Positions 7,408 through 17,165 are shown, numbered from the stretch's first letter. The stretch: DNA of 38,824 bases from Gammaproteobacteria bacterium (GCA_947450495.1 CANFVX010000003.1:1-38824); one strand, 5' to 3'. The notes: generated by a model from the letters alone, not told the origin. Numbers and translations are program-made.

Positions 7408-10308
7408 TTACGCCCGACTGCGCGACCTCGCAGCCTCAATCAACGCGTGCACCTTGGCCGGGAACAGGGTGCTGTCCATGACCTTCACGCCGAACGGCGC
7501 CAGCGCATTTTCCACTGCGCCCATCAGCACCGTGCTGGTGGCGATACAGCCATCTTCACCCGCGCCCTTGGCGCCAATGCGCGTCGCGGGTGAGGGCGTG
7601 ACCAGATGCTCCACGTCGATTTCCGGCGCGGCCCACACGGTGGGCATGCCGTATTCCTTCAGCGTGTTGGCCAGCGGCACGCCATGCTCGTCGTAGCCCA
7701 GCCATTCGTAGAGCGTGCCGCCAATTTGTTGGACGACCGCGCCCTTGGTTTGACCGGTGAGAATCACCGGATTCAGCACCACCCCGTGGTCGGAGACCAT
7801 CCAGATTTTCTTTACCTCTACGCGCCCGGTGCTGGGGTCAACTTCCACCCACGCGCCGGCGGCGCCGCCGGGATGTGAGGGATAGACCTGCGCGCGACCT
7901 TCGGCGTCGGCCTTCCAGTTCACCTGCGGATGGCGATAGGTGTTGGTGGATTCGAGCAAGGGGCCGTCGGCCTTGGCGAGAATGATCTCTGCGCCCGGTT
8001 GCACATACGCGGCATAGGCCAGTTCGCGCAGCGTGCAGTGCGCGTCCCAGCCTCGGCGCGAAATCACGCCGTTTTCGATTTCAATTTCCTCCGGCGCGCA
8101 GTCGAGATAGACCGCGCCGCCCTGCACGAGGCGTTCGCGCACGGTGGCCGCTGCGGCCACGATCGCGCCGATGGCGTACATCGCGCCACGGCTGGAATAG
8201 GTGCCCGAGCCAAAGGGAATGGCGGTGGTGTCGCCCCAGGACACGCTGACGTCAGACAGCGCGCAACCGAGTGCGTCCGCCGTGACCTGCGCATAGGCGG
8301 TCTCGATGCCCTGGCCGATGTTCTGGATGCCGGTCATCACATGCACCGAACCATCCGCCGCCACGCGCACCGTCGCCGATTCATAGTTCTGGAAAGTACT
8401 GCCCGGAAAAGCGAAGCCCGAGGGCTCGATGTAGGACGCCAGCGAGTAGCCAAGGTAGCGACCTTCGGCGCGGGCGTCCGCCTGCAGTCGCCGTAGCCCC
8501 GGCAGATCCATCATCTCCACTACGCGATCCAGCGCCTCGCGCAGCGAGCCGTTTTCGATGATCGCGCCGGTGCAGATTTGATGCGGATAGGTTTCCAGCA
8601 GGTTGATGCGCCGGACTTCCACCGGATCGAGACCGAGCTGCTGCGCGCCCTGATCGATCACGCGTTCGATAAACAGATTGGCGATGTCTTTGCCGTAACC
8701 GCGATAGGCGGAGTAGGGCGCCTTGTTGGTGACCACGCAGCGCACCCGAGTGCGGTAGGTGTCCACCCGATAGGCGCTGGGCGTGTACAGCCCACCGTTG
8801 ATCGGCATGCCAAGACCGCAGGCGCGTTCGGCGCCATCGCAGCCCATGTCGGCAAAGATGTCGGTTTCCAGCGCAAGAATGCGGCCGTCGGCGCGGAAGG
8901 CGGCGCGGGATCTCGTGTGGATATCGCGTGCCGCCGGCCCGGAGTGCAGCCACTCGCGGCGGCTTTCGAAGTATTTGACCGGGCGCCCGGAGACGATGGA
9001 GGCCAGCGCCACCACGTGCTCCACATCGACCGATAGCTTGGCGCCAAAGCCGCCGCCAACGTCCCCGGCCAGCACCTGAATGCGCGCTTCGGGAAGGCCG
9101 AAGACCTGGCTCAGATAGAGCCGGATCTGGTGCGGCACCTGCGTGGAGGCGCGCATCGTGAGTCGCCGTTCCCCGGGCTCGAAGTGGGCCCAGGTCACGC
9201 GGGTTTCCATCGGCATCGCGCCGTAGCGATGCGAGGTGATCACTTCATCCACCACCAGATCGGCCTTGGCGAAGGTCTCATCCACCGGGCCGATTTCGAA
9301 CTGGAAATCGCGCTGCAGATTGGTTCCCCATTCGGGATAGAGCAGCGCGTCGCTGTCGGCGGGCTCGGCGGCGGCTTTCAGCATGTCCACATTTACCGGC
9401 AGGTCGGCATATTCCACCGCCACCAGCGCGGCCGCGTCTTCGGCCTGCTCGGGCGTGCCGGCCAGCACAAAGGCCACCGGTTCGCCGTAGAAAATCACCT
9501 TGTCGCTCGCCATCGCGTGGCGTTCCGGCATGTTGAGCCCGTCCATGCGGATCGACGGCGCAATCGGCTGCCAGCGTGGGAGCGCTTCCTTGCCGGTCAT
9601 CACCCGCACCACGCCGGGCGCCGCTTGCGCCTTGCTCACATCGATATTGAGAATTCGGGCGTGCGCCCGGGTGGCGCGCACGATGCCGAGGTAGAGATCG
9701 CCGGGCGTGGAGTGATTGTCGACATAGCGACCGCCGCCCATCACCAGGCGCCGGTCTTCGCGGCGAGCGATGGGCTGGCCGATAAAGCCGCCCTTGGCGT
9801 CGATTTCGGACTCCAGCTTGGCCAGCGGCTGCGCCTGACCCGCAGCGACTTTCGCTGCCTCAAAAATATGGTTGTAGCCCGTGCAACGGCAGTAGTTGCC
9901 GCTCAGGGCTTCGCGTAATTCCTCTTCGGTGAACTGACCGTCCGGGTGGCGATTCAGAAAATCCCGGGTGCTCATCACCATGCCCGCCGTGCAGTAGCCG
10001 CATTGCACGGCATGACATTGCACGAAGGCCTGCTGCACCTTGGAGAGTTCGCCGTCTTCGGCCACGCCTTCGGCGGTCACGACATCGGCGCCTTCCGCCT
10101 GTACCGCCAGCATCAGGCAGGATTTGATGGTGGATCCGTTCACCGCCACCGTGCAGGCGCCGCAGGAGCCTTCTTCGCAGCCAAAGCGTGGCCCGGTAAG
10201 CCCCGCGTTCCGGCGTAGGAAATCGGTTAAGAGGGTGCGGCCTTCCACGCGCCCGGCCACCGTCTGGCCGTTCACGTTCATCGCAATCTCAAAAGTGTTC
10301 TCAGCCAT
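7408..10308 (-). CDS. Xanthine-dehydrogenase-family molybdoenzyme: N-terminal 2x[2Fe-2S] (CoxS-like) domain fused to a molybdopterin-binding (CoxL-like) subunit
   Basis: GCEEGSCGAC…SC and QCGYCTAG…GNYCRCTGY in the first ~160 aa; then RREDRRL, GGGFGAK, AYRGYG, GQGIET, GSGTYSSR and catalytic GAKGAGE. Confidence 0.92.
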   Translation of the reverse strand: MAENTFEIAMNVNGQTVAGRVEGRTLLTDFLRRNAGLTGPRFGCEEGSCGACTVAVNGSTIKSCLMLAVQAEGADVVTAEGVAEDGELSKVQQAFVQCHAVQCGYCTAGMVMSTRDFLNRHPDGQFTEEELREALSGNYCRCTGYNHIFEAAKVAAGQAQPLAKLESEIDAKGGFIGQPIARREDRRLVMGGGRYVDNHSTPGDLYLGIVRATRAHARILNIDVSKAQAAPGVVRVMTGKEALPRWQPIAPSIRMDGLNMPERHAMASDKVIFYGEPVAFVLAGTPEQAEDAAALVAVEYADLPVNVDMLKAAAEPADSDALLYPEWGTNLQRDFQFEIGPVDETFAKADLVVDEVITSHRYGAMPMETRVTWAHFEPGERRLTMRASTQVPHQIRLYLSQVFGLPEARIQVLAGDVGGGFGAKLSVDVEHVVALASIVSGRPVKYFESRREWLHSGPAARDIHTRSRAAFRADGRILALETDIFADMGCDGAERACGLGMPINGGLYTPSAYRVDTYRTRVRCVVTNKAPYSAYRGYGKDIANLFIERVIDQGAQQLGLDPVEVRRINLLETYPHQICTGAIIENGSLREALDRVVEMMDLPGLRRLQADARAEGRYLGYSLASYIEPSGFAFPGSTFQNYESATVRVAADGSVHVMTGIQNIGQGIETAYAQVTADALGCALSDVSVSWGDTTAIPFGSGTYSSRGAMYAIGAIVAAAATVRERLVQGGAVYLDCAPEEIEIENGVISRRGWDAHCTLRELAYAAYVQPGAEIILAKADGPLLESTNTYRHPQVNWKADAEGRAQVYPSHPGGAAGAWVEVDPSTGRVEVKKIWMVSDHGVVLNPVILTGQTKGAVVQQIGGTLYEWLGYDEHGVPLANTLKEYGMPTVWAAPEIDVEHLVTPSPATRIGAKGAGEDGCIATSTVLMGAVENALAPFGVKVMDSTLFPAKVHALIEAARSRSRA

Positions 10309-11152
10309 GGGGAGCAGCCTCGGTCAGGGTCTTCAGGGTGCGCGCGAGCAGTTCACGCGCGAGCTGTTGGCGATAGCGCGGTGGCGCGTAGATGTCCGGC
10401 GGCGGGTCTAGCGCGAGGCCGTCGAACAGGCCATCGAGTTCGTTGGCGCTGAGCCCGGCGCTGAGCGGGCGGGCGCCGAGCAGGGTCTCCGCGTGAGAGA
10501 GGCGCACCGGACGCTCCCCCAATCCGCCCACCACAATCCGCGCGCTGCCGACCTGCCGCACCACGCACACATTCACCAGCGCGAGGTCTTGCCGCTGGCG
10601 CGAGAACTCCAGATAGGCCCCAACAGCCGCGGCGCGCGGCACTTCGATGGCGAGCACGATGCCGGTGCCGGCGGCGGTCTGGCGGAAACCGGTGATGAAG
10701 TCTGCAATCGGGATCCGTTGCAGCCCGGACTGTCCGGGCGCTTGTAGCACCACCACGGCGTCGCTCGCGCTGAGCGCGACCAGCATATTGGCGCGCGGAT
10801 CGGCCCAGCAGACGTTGCCCACCGTCGTGCCGCGCTGACGCACCTGCACGTCGCCGAGTGCGCGCACGGCCTGCGCCAGCCAGGGGAACGTGGCGGCAAC
10901 GCGTTCGTCGCGGAGCAGGGTGGCGTGGGTGACTCGCGCGCCGATGGCCAGACTGTGCTCGCGCCAGTGCAATTCTGCGGCAAGTTCATCCACGTGTTGC
11001 AGGTCGACCAGCGCGGCCGGCGAGGTTTCGCGCTGGCGCATGGCGGCGATGAGCGATTGCCCGCCCGCGAGCGGCACCGCGCCGCGCGCGGTTTCCTGCA
11101 AGGCCTCGGCCAGGGTGGCGGGTCTCGCATAGCTAAAAGGAGAAGGTCGCAT
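10301..11152 (-). CDS. FAD-binding subunit (CoxM/CutM-like) of the molybdo-flavoenzyme
   Basis: M.PSPFSYARPATLAEAL, PLAGGQSLI, IGARVTH, GDVQVRQRGTTVGN..WADP; 8-bp overlap with the fused subunit start. Confidence 0.9.
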   Translation of the reverse strand: MRPSPFSYARPATLAEALQETARGAVPLAGGQSLIAAMRQRETSPAALVDLQHVDELAAELHWREHSLAIGARVTHATLLRDERVAATFPWLAQAVRALGDVQVRQRGTTVGNVCWADPRANMLVALSASDAVVVLQAPGQSGLQRIPIADFITGFRQTAAGTGIVLAIEVPRAAAVGAYLEFSRQRQDLALVNVCVVRQVGSARIVVGGLGERPVRLSHAETLLGARPLSAGLSANELDGLFDGLALDPPPDIYAPPRYRQQLARELLARTLKTLTEAAPHG

Positions 11153-11194
11153 CGGCGCTCGCTTTCTGGATTCAGAACGGGAAGAAGGGCATGG

Positions 11195-11224
11195 AATGTA
11201 GAGAGCGGCGCGGTGCAATAACAA
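11195..11224 (-). promoter_or_regulatory. Possible sigma70 promoter for the molybdoenzyme operon
   Basis: Minus-strand TTGTTA-18 nt-TACATT, about 40 nt upstream of the ATG at 11152. Consensus match only. Confidence 0.25.
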
Positions 11225-11235
11225 CGCTCGCGTGG

Positions 11236-11570
11236 TTCGACAGGCTCAGCACGAACGGGGTTTCGCGCCGGGTGCGCCTCTTCGGGACCTATTTGGGGTC
11301 AGAGTAAAAACTATTCGCACTCCCCCGTTCGAGTTTTTACTCTGACCCCCAACTCGCTGTCGAAGGGCGATTGCTGGCTGTTGCATCCCTGCGACGCCGG
11401 GCCCGTTCATGCTTCGACAAGCTCAGCACGAACGGGGTTTCGCGCCGGTTGCGCATCTTCGGGACCTATTTGGGATCAGAGTAAAAACTATTCGCAATCC
11501 TCCGTTCGAGTTTTTACTCTGACCCCAAACTCTCGGTCATGCTTCGACAAGCTCAGCACGAACGGGGTTT
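11236..11570. repeat. Mosaic repeat cluster: A-B-(A remnant)-A-B-A
   Basis: Family A (TTCGACARGCTCAGCACGAACGGGG) at 11236, 11413 and 11543; family B at 11287-11355 and 11464-11532; inverted A remnant CTGTCGAAGGGCGA at ~11357-11370. The A+B unit (~120 bp) repeats at a 177-bp offset. Confidence 0.9.
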
Positions 11571-11771
11571 GGGTCTTGAGCGCCGAGTTTTCTTTGGCCC
11601 ACCGTTGCAGCGCTAACGTTTACGTAGCACGCAGCGCCCGTTACCGTTCGCGCCTCCGCTTGTTGAAGGGCGGTGTGATGGCACGTTTGCGTGTGCCCGA
11701 TCGTGACGTCTCAAGCACTCATCCTGACAGCGCTGTCTGTCCAAGGCTTGAGCCGAGTCCGCACGTAGTGG

Positions 11772-11800
11772 TTCCCATCACCGGAGGCAATGGGGATAAT
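11772..11800 (+). promoter_or_regulatory. Putative sigma70 promoter for ffs(-dnaX)
   Basis: TTCCCA-17 nt-GATAAT ending 12 nt before the SRP RNA stem. Confidence 0.4.
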
Positions 11801-11812
11801 GCCAAGCTCAAT

Positions 11813-11922
11813 GGTGACCCTGTCGGTCCCCTCGCGACGTAAGACCGCAAACCCCGTCAGGTCCGGAAGGAAGCAGCGGTAGTGGTGACTGCGGGCGCCG
11901 AGGTGTGGCTGGCAGGGTCGCC
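11813..11922 (+). ncRNA. ffs: Signal recognition particle RNA (small bacterial SRP, 4.5S)
   Basis: Hallmark helix-8 sequence TCAGGTCCGGAAGGAAGCAGC; terminal stem GGTGACCCTGTCGGTC…GGCTGGCAGGGTCGCC; common position directly upstream of dnaX. Confidence 0.95.
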
Positions 11923-11952
11923 GCCTGCTCCCGCTGCAACGTGTGCATTCCC

Positions 11953-13683
11953 ATGGCTTATCTGGTTCTCGCCAGGAAATGGCGTCCGCGTGATTTTTCC
12001 GAGGTGGTCGGGCAGGGCCATGTGCTGCGTGCGCTCTCGAACGCGCTCGACAGCGACCGCCTGCACCACGCCTATCTCTTCACTGGCACTCGCGGCGTGG
12101 GCAAAACCACGCTGGCGCGCGTGTTCGCCAAATGTCTCAACTGCGAACGAGGTGTGAGCAGCCGCCCGTGCGGGGAATGCAGCGCCTGCCGCGAACTCGA
12201 CGAAGGCCGCTTTGTTGACCTGATTGAAGTGGATGCCGCGTCCCGCACCGGGGTCGATGACACCCGCGAACTGCTGGACAACGTGCAGTACGCGCCCAGC
12301 AAAGGCCGGTACAAGGTCTACCTCATCGACGAAGTCCACATGTTTTCCAAGAACTCTTTCAACGCCTTGTTGAAGACCTTGGAAGAACCGCCGCCGCACA
12401 TCAAGTTTCTGCTGGCAACCACCGATCCCAAAAAGCTCCCCATCACCATCCTGTCGCGCTGTCTGCAGCTCAACCTGAAGCGGCTGGGCGTGGAGCAAAT
12501 CGAAGAACAGTTGCAGGCGATTGCCGGGCGCGAAGCCCTGCCCGCGCCGGCGCCCGCCTTGCGCCAGCTGGCGGTGGCGGCGGACGGCAGCATGCGTGAC
12601 GCGCTGTCCTTGATGGATCAGGCCATTGCCTACTGTGGCGGCGCGCTCGACGAACAATCTGTGGCCACCATGCTGGGCACGCTCGGGACCGAACAGGTGC
12701 TGGCGCTGGTGGAAGCCTTGGCCGCCGGTGATGGCGCGGGACTTATCTCGCTCGCCCGCCAGCTGGGCGAACTGGCGCCCGACTTTGCGCAGGTGCTGGC
12801 AGACATGATCTCCATTTTGCGACGCGTGGCCGTGGTGCAAACCGTGGGCGACCAGACCGCCGAGCTGGCAGAAGACGCCGCCGTATTGAGCCTTGCCGAA
12901 CGCCTGTCGCCGCAGGATTGCCAGCTGTTTTATCAAATGGGCTTGCTCGCCAGACGCGATCTCCCGCTGGCGCCCGATCCGCAGGCGGGCTTCGAAATGG
13001 CGCTGTTGCGGATGCTTGCGTTCCGCCCGGCGGACTCCAATACGCCCGGCGGCACCCCGCCCGCGCCACGTTCTGCCCCGCCGGTGCGGCCCGCCAGCAC
13101 GCCGTCGGCCGCGCCCAAGCCCATGTCGGCCGCCTCTGCTGCGCCGGTGACGCCAGCGGCGAGTCCCGCTGCGGTAGTCCCGCCGGTAGTGCCGGCACCC
13201 AGCATCCAAATCCCCGTCGTGCAGCCCGCGGAGCCGGCACTCAGCAACGAAATTCCTGTCGCACCGCCCGTCCCCCCGGCAGCGCCAGCGCCCGTGGTCG
13301 CCGGCACCGAACTCGATTGGGCCGATTTGGTGTCGCGACTCGAGACCATTCCGCTGGCCCGCGAATTCGCCCGCAACTGCGCGCTCCGCGCTTTTGATGG
13401 CCGGCAGCTGGAGGTAGTGGTGAGTCCGCAGTTCCAGAACCTGCGGGTGGAGCGCACGCTGAAAGCCCTGGAGCAAGCCTTGCAGAATCTGCTGGGCGCT
13501 CCGGTGAGTTTGAAAGTGACGGTGGAATCCGGGAGCGGCTTGGCCACGCCGGCAGCTGCCATCGAGGCGGCGAAAGCCGCCCGTCAGGCCGCCGCCGAAA
13601 GCGCCATTGATGCCGACAGTACGGTCCAGGCCCTGCAAGCCCGCTTCGGCGCAACGGTTGAACATGTGCGAACGCTGCCCTGA
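11953..13683 (+). CDS. dnaX: DNA polymerase III subunit tau/gamma
   Basis: MAYLVLARKWRP, Walker A GTRGVGKTT, Zn-finger Cys, IDEVHM, SRC motif, Pro/Ala linker, C-terminal tau domain. Confidence 0.97.
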   Translation: MAYLVLARKWRPRDFSEVVGQGHVLRALSNALDSDRLHHAYLFTGTRGVGKTTLARVFAKCLNCERGVSSRPCGECSACRELDEGRFVDLIEVDAASRTGVDDTRELLDNVQYAPSKGRYKVYLIDEVHMFSKNSFNALLKTLEEPPPHIKFLLATTDPKKLPITILSRCLQLNLKRLGVEQIEEQLQAIAGREALPAPAPALRQLAVAADGSMRDALSLMDQAIAYCGGALDEQSVATMLGTLGTEQVLALVEALAAGDGAGLISLARQLGELAPDFAQVLADMISILRRVAVVQTVGDQTAELAEDAAVLSLAERLSPQDCQLFYQMGLLARRDLPLAPDPQAGFEMALLRMLAFRPADSNTPGGTPPAPRSAPPVRPASTPSAAPKPMSAASAAPVTPAASPAAVVPPVVPAPSIQIPVVQPAEPALSNEIPVAPPVPPAAPAPVVAGTELDWADLVSRLETIPLAREFARNCALRAFDGRQLEVVVSPQFQNLRVERTLKALEQALQNLLGAPVSLKVTVESGSGLATPAAAIEAAKAARQAAAESAIDADSTVQALQARFGATVEHVRTLP

Positions 13684-13718
13684 GGCGGCTCGCGCGGCAC
13701 TAGTAAAAGGAGTCTTGA

Positions 13719-14042
13719 ATGAAAGGTCCCTTGGCCAATCTCATGAAACAGGCCCAGCGCATGCAGGAAGACATGCAGCGCGCGCAGGAAGAAATCGGCC
13801 GCATGGAGTGCACCGGGGAATCTGGTGCCGGACTTGTGCGCGTGGTGGTGAACGGTCGTCACGACGTGAAGTCGGTAAAAATTGCGCCGGAACTTCTGAG
13901 CGAAGACGTCTCGATGCTGGAAGACCTGCTCGCCGCCGCGGTCAATGACGCCAATCGCAAGGTCGAGAAGCAAAGCAGCGAGAAGATGTCCGGCCTGACC
14001 AACGGCCTCAATCTGCCGCCCGGGATGAAGCTGCCGTTCTGA
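13719..14042 (+). CDS. ybaB: Nucleoid-associated protein YbaB/EbfC
   Basis: [38 protein letters not shown]; dnaX-ybaB-recR synteny. Confidence 0.96.
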   Translation: MKGPLANLMKQAQRMQEDMQRAQEEIGRMECTGESGAGLVRVVVNGRHDVKSVKIAPELLSEDVSMLEDLLAAAVNDANRKVEKQSSEKMSGLTNGLNLPPGMKLPF

Positions 14043-14055
14043 ACGGCGTCCAACC

Positions 14056-14649
14056 ATGACCACGCCGCTGCTCAACGACCTCATCAAGGCCTTGACCGTC
14101 ATGCCGGGCATCGGCCCGAAGTCGGCCCAGCGCATCGCGTTCAATTTGCTCGAACGTAACCGTGACGCCGCGCGGCGCCTCGCGCAGGTGCTGGAAGCGG
14201 CGATGACGCGCATCGGGCAGTGCACCGCCTGCCGGACTTTCAGCGAAACCCCGCGTTGCCAGCTTTGTGATTCGACCAATCGCGACGCCGCCATGCTGTG
14301 CGTGGTCGAAACCCCCACCGATGTGCTGTCCATTGAGCAATCGGGTTCCTTCAAGGGGCGCTATTACGTGCTGATGGGACGGCTCTCGCCCATTGACGGC
14401 GTGACGCCCGACACGCTCGGCATGCCGGCGCTGGAACGACGCCTCGCCGAGGGCGAGGTGAAGGAAATGATCGTCGCCACCGGCACCACCATGGAAGGCG
14501 AAGCCACCGCCCACTACCTGCGCCAGATGGCGCGCCGCCACGGGGTAACGCCCAGCCGCATCGCCTACGGCGTGCCGGTGGGGGGCGAACTGGAATACGT
14601 TGATGGCACCACGCTCTCGCACGCGATCAGCAGCCGTCGGGAATACTGA
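14056..14649 (+). CDS. recR: Recombination protein RecR
   Basis: [10 protein letters not shown] HhH, C4 zinc finger, [26 protein letters not shown]. Confidence 0.97.
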   Translation: MTTPLLNDLIKALTVMPGIGPKSAQRIAFNLLERNRDAARRLAQVLEAAMTRIGQCTACRTFSETPRCQLCDSTNRDAAMLCVVETPTDVLSIEQSGSFKGRYYVLMGRLSPIDGVTPDTLGMPALERRLAEGEVKEMIVATGTTMEGEATAHYLRQMARRHGVTPSRIAYGVPVGGELEYVDGTTLSHAISSRREY

Positions 14650-14663
14650 ACCGGAGAATTCAT

Positions 14664-15212
14664 ATGCAGTGCTCGCCCGATAACCTCATCTGGATCGATC
14701 TCGAAATGACCGGGCTGTACCCCGAGCACGACCTCATTATCGAAATCGCCACCATCGTCACTAACTCAACGCTGGACGAGCGGGTTGAGGGTCCGGTGCT
14801 GGCGATTTACCAGAGCGACGAAATTCTGTCTGCGATGGACGAGTGGAATACCCGGCAACACGGCGGCTCCGGCCTCACCGCCCGGGTGCGCGCCAGCCAG
14901 ATCTCGACCGCCGAGGCGGAGCGGCAGACGCTCGACTTCCTCGCCCAATATGTGCCGGCCAAGGTTTCGCCGATGTGTGGCAACACCATCTGTCAGGACC
15001 GGCGCTTTCTCTACAAGTACATGCCCCGGCTCGCCGAGTTCTTCCACTACCGCAATCTGGATGTGAGCACGCTGAAGGAACTGAAGAAGCGCTGGGCGCC
15101 CGGCCTGCCGTCCTTTAGCAAAGCGTCCAGCCATCTCGCGCTGGATGACATCCGCGATTCCATCGCCGAACTCCAGCATTACCGCGAACACTTCCTGAAG
15201 TTGCCTGCATGA
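14664..15212 (+). CDS. orn: Oligoribonuclease
   Basis: [54 protein letters not shown]. Confidence 0.97.
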   Translation: MQCSPDNLIWIDLEMTGLYPEHDLIIEIATIVTNSTLDERVEGPVLAIYQSDEILSAMDEWNTRQHGGSGLTARVRASQISTAEAERQTLDFLAQYVPAKVSPMCGNTICQDRRFLYKYMPRLAEFFHYRNLDVSTLKELKKRWAPGLPSFSKASSHLALDDIRDSIAELQHYREHFLKLPA

Positions 15213-16678
15213 CCTCCCTGCTGCCATCGGTCTTGTACCCGGTGGCGGCGGTCCGCGCGCTTGATGCGGCGGCCATCGCGAGCGGCATTCCCGGCCTTGA
15301 ACTGATGCTACGCGCCGGGCGTGAGGCCTGGGCGATGCTGGTCCGGCGTTGGCCCGCAGCGCGGCGTGTCTGCGTGGTGTGTGGCCCCGGCAATAACGGC
15401 GGTGACGGCTATGTTGTGGCCGCCGAGGCCCTGCGCGCGGGCTTGGAACTCGCGCTGATTGAAGTGGGCGACCCCGCGCAATCGGGCCCCGACGCGCAGG
15501 CCTGTCGGGCGCTTGCGCTCGCGGCCGGCGCCCAACCCACCGGTGGGTTAAACAGCATGGTCGGCGCCGATCTGGTGGTCGACGCGCTGTTCGGCATCGG
15601 TCTTTCGCGCCCGCCCGCCGGTGATTTTCTGGCCGCGATCGGGGCGATGAATGCCAGCGGCGTGCCGGTGTTCAGTCTTGATATTCCTTCTGGTCTGAAC
15701 GGCGATACCGGCCACGCGCCGGGGGCGGTGGTGCAGGCGGCGGCCACGCTGAGTTTCATCGCGCTCAAGCAGGGCCTGTGCACCGGTCGGGCGGCGGATT
15801 GTGTGGGCGTGCTGGAGTACGCCGATTTGGGAGTGCCAGCCAGCATTTTTGCCGACGTGATGGCCAGCGCGGTGCGTTTATCTGCGCCGCAGCTGCCGCC
15901 TCGGCGCCGCACGGCGCATAAAGGCCATGCCGGTCACGTGCTGGTGATTGGCGGCGCGGCTGGTTACGCCGGGGCGGCCAGACTTGCCGCCGAGGCGGCC
16001 TTGCGCGCCGGGGCGGGCTTGGTCTCGGCCGCCGTTGCGCAGGAAAGCCTGACGGTCGTCAGCGCCGGACGCCCCGAAATCATGGCCCGCGCCGTGACCG
16101 GGGCGCGCGACCTCGGTCCGTTGCTGGCCAGGGCCAGCGTGATTGCCATTGGCCCCGGTCTGGGGCAGAGCGATTGGTCGCGCGAACTGTTGGCGGCCGT
16201 GCGCGAAACGCGCCTCCCGCTGGTGGTCGACGCCGACGCGCTCAATCTGCTGGCGCTCGACCCCGAATACCGGGACGACTGGTGTTTGACGCCGCATCCC
16301 GGGGAAGCCGCCCGGCTGCTGGGCTTGCCCCATGCCGGCGCGGTCAACGCCGATCGCTACGCCGCGCTGGCCGCGTTGCAATCCCGCTATGGCGGGGCGG
16401 TGGTATTGAAAGGTGCCGGCTCGCTGGTGGGAGATGCCGAGGGCGTTGGGGTGGTGACTGCCGGCAACCCGGGCATGGCTTCGGGCGGGATGGGCGATGT
16501 GCTGACCGGGGTGATTGCGGCGCTGCGCGCGCAGGGGCTCGGCGCCGGAGCGGCCGCCCGGCAGGGCGCGATGCTGCATGCGCTGGCCGCCGATCGGGCC
16601 GCCGCGCTGGGCGGCGAGCGCGGCCTGTTGGCCTCCGATCTGTTCCCGGCACTCCGGCAACTGGTCAATCGAGCCTAA
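15209..16678 (+). CDS. nnr: Bifunctional NAD(P)H-hydrate epimerase/dehydratase
   Basis: [21 protein letters not shown] (YjeF_N); [27 protein letters not shown] (YjeF_C); ATGA overlap with orn. Confidence 0.95.
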   Translation: MTSLLPSVLYPVAAVRALDAAAIASGIPGLELMLRAGREAWAMLVRRWPAARRVCVVCGPGNNGGDGYVVAAEALRAGLELALIEVGDPAQSGPDAQACRALALAAGAQPTGGLNSMVGADLVVDALFGIGLSRPPAGDFLAAIGAMNASGVPVFSLDIPSGLNGDTGHAPGAVVQAAATLSFIALKQGLCTGRAADCVGVLEYADLGVPASIFADVMASAVRLSAPQLPPRRRTAHKGHAGHVLVIGGAAGYAGAARLAAEAALRAGAGLVSAAVAQESLTVVSAGRPEIMARAVTGARDLGPLLARASVIAIGPGLGQSDWSRELLAAVRETRLPLVVDADALNLLALDPEYRDDWCLTPHPGEAARLLGLPHAGAVNADRYAALAALQSRYGGAVVLKGAGSLVGDAEGVGVVTAGNPGMASGGMGDVLTGVIAALRAQGLGAGAAARQGAMLHALAADRAAALGGERGLLASDLFPALRQLVNRA

Positions 16679-16682
16679 ACCC

Positions 16683-17165
16683 TTGGCCCTCGCCAAGCTC
16701 ACGCTCGCGGACGAAACGGCCACGCTGGCGCTGGCGCAAGCGCTGGCGAGCTTGGTTAAACCCGGCATGCTCGTGCTGCTGGAAGGAGAGCTCGCCGCCG
16801 GCAAGACCACCTTTGCGCGGGGGCTATTGCGCGCGCTGGGGCATGTGGGGAAGGTGAAAAGTCCGACCTTCACGGTGGTCGAAAGCTACGACTTGCCGCA
16901 GCTCACCGTTCACCATTTCGACCTCTACCGCGTCAACGATCCGGACGAACTGCACTACCTCGGCTTTGATGATTTTCTGGCGGCGGCGGCGCTGTGCCTT
17001 ATCGAATGGCCGTCGCGCGCGGCCGGCTTGCTGCCCCCGGCAAGCCTGCGGCTTAGTCTGGAGATCGTGGACGAGGAGCGCCGTCTGGCGCGCCTCGAAA
17101 CGCCCGATGCCGAACTTCAGAAAGGGCTTGAGAAAGCCTTGGCTATTTCTTTTATTTCAGTGTGA
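16683..17165 (+). CDS. tsaE: tRNA threonylcarbamoyladenosine biosynthesis ATPase TsaE
   Basis: LEGELAAGKTTF, VKSPTFTVVESY, HFDLYR, LIEWP. TTG start at 16683 is inferred. Confidence 0.93.
   Translation: MALAKLTLADETATLALAQALASLVKPGMLVLLEGELAAGKTTFARGLLRALGHVGKVKSPTFTVVESYDLPQLTVHHFDLYRVNDPDELHYLGFDDFLAAAALCLIEWPSRAAGLLPPASLRLSLEIVDEERRLARLETPDAELQKGLEKALAISFISV

Noticed and set aside
7408-10308. Aerobic CO dehydrogenase (coxL)
   Set aside because: Lacks the Cu-binding AYxCSFR motif (has AYRGYG) and has no cox accessory genes.
11236-11570. CRISPR array
   Set aside because: Spacing is irregular (177 and 130 bp), the intervening sequences are themselves repeated rather than unique spacers, copies occur elsewhere in inverted orientation, and no cas genes are present.
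11575-11812. tRNA or additional ncRNA upstream of ffs
   Set aside because: No cloverleaf, T-loop or other recognisable RNA motif by eye. An Infernal/Rfam scan would settle it.
11381-11842. 153-aa ORF
   Set aside because: Built largely from the repeat elements, overlaps the SRP promoter and RNA, and has no recognisable motif.
12427-12436. CCCAAAAAG in dnaX as a -1 frameshift site
   Set aside because: Only five A's (not A-AAA-AAG), and it lies inside the AAA+ domain, where truncation would not give a functional gamma.
11857-13665. 602-aa antisense ORF, and similar long ones opposite mutL, hflK, purA and the acyl-CoA dehydrogenases
   Set aside because: Shadow ORFs expected opposite genes with strong GC3 bias; no protein motifs.
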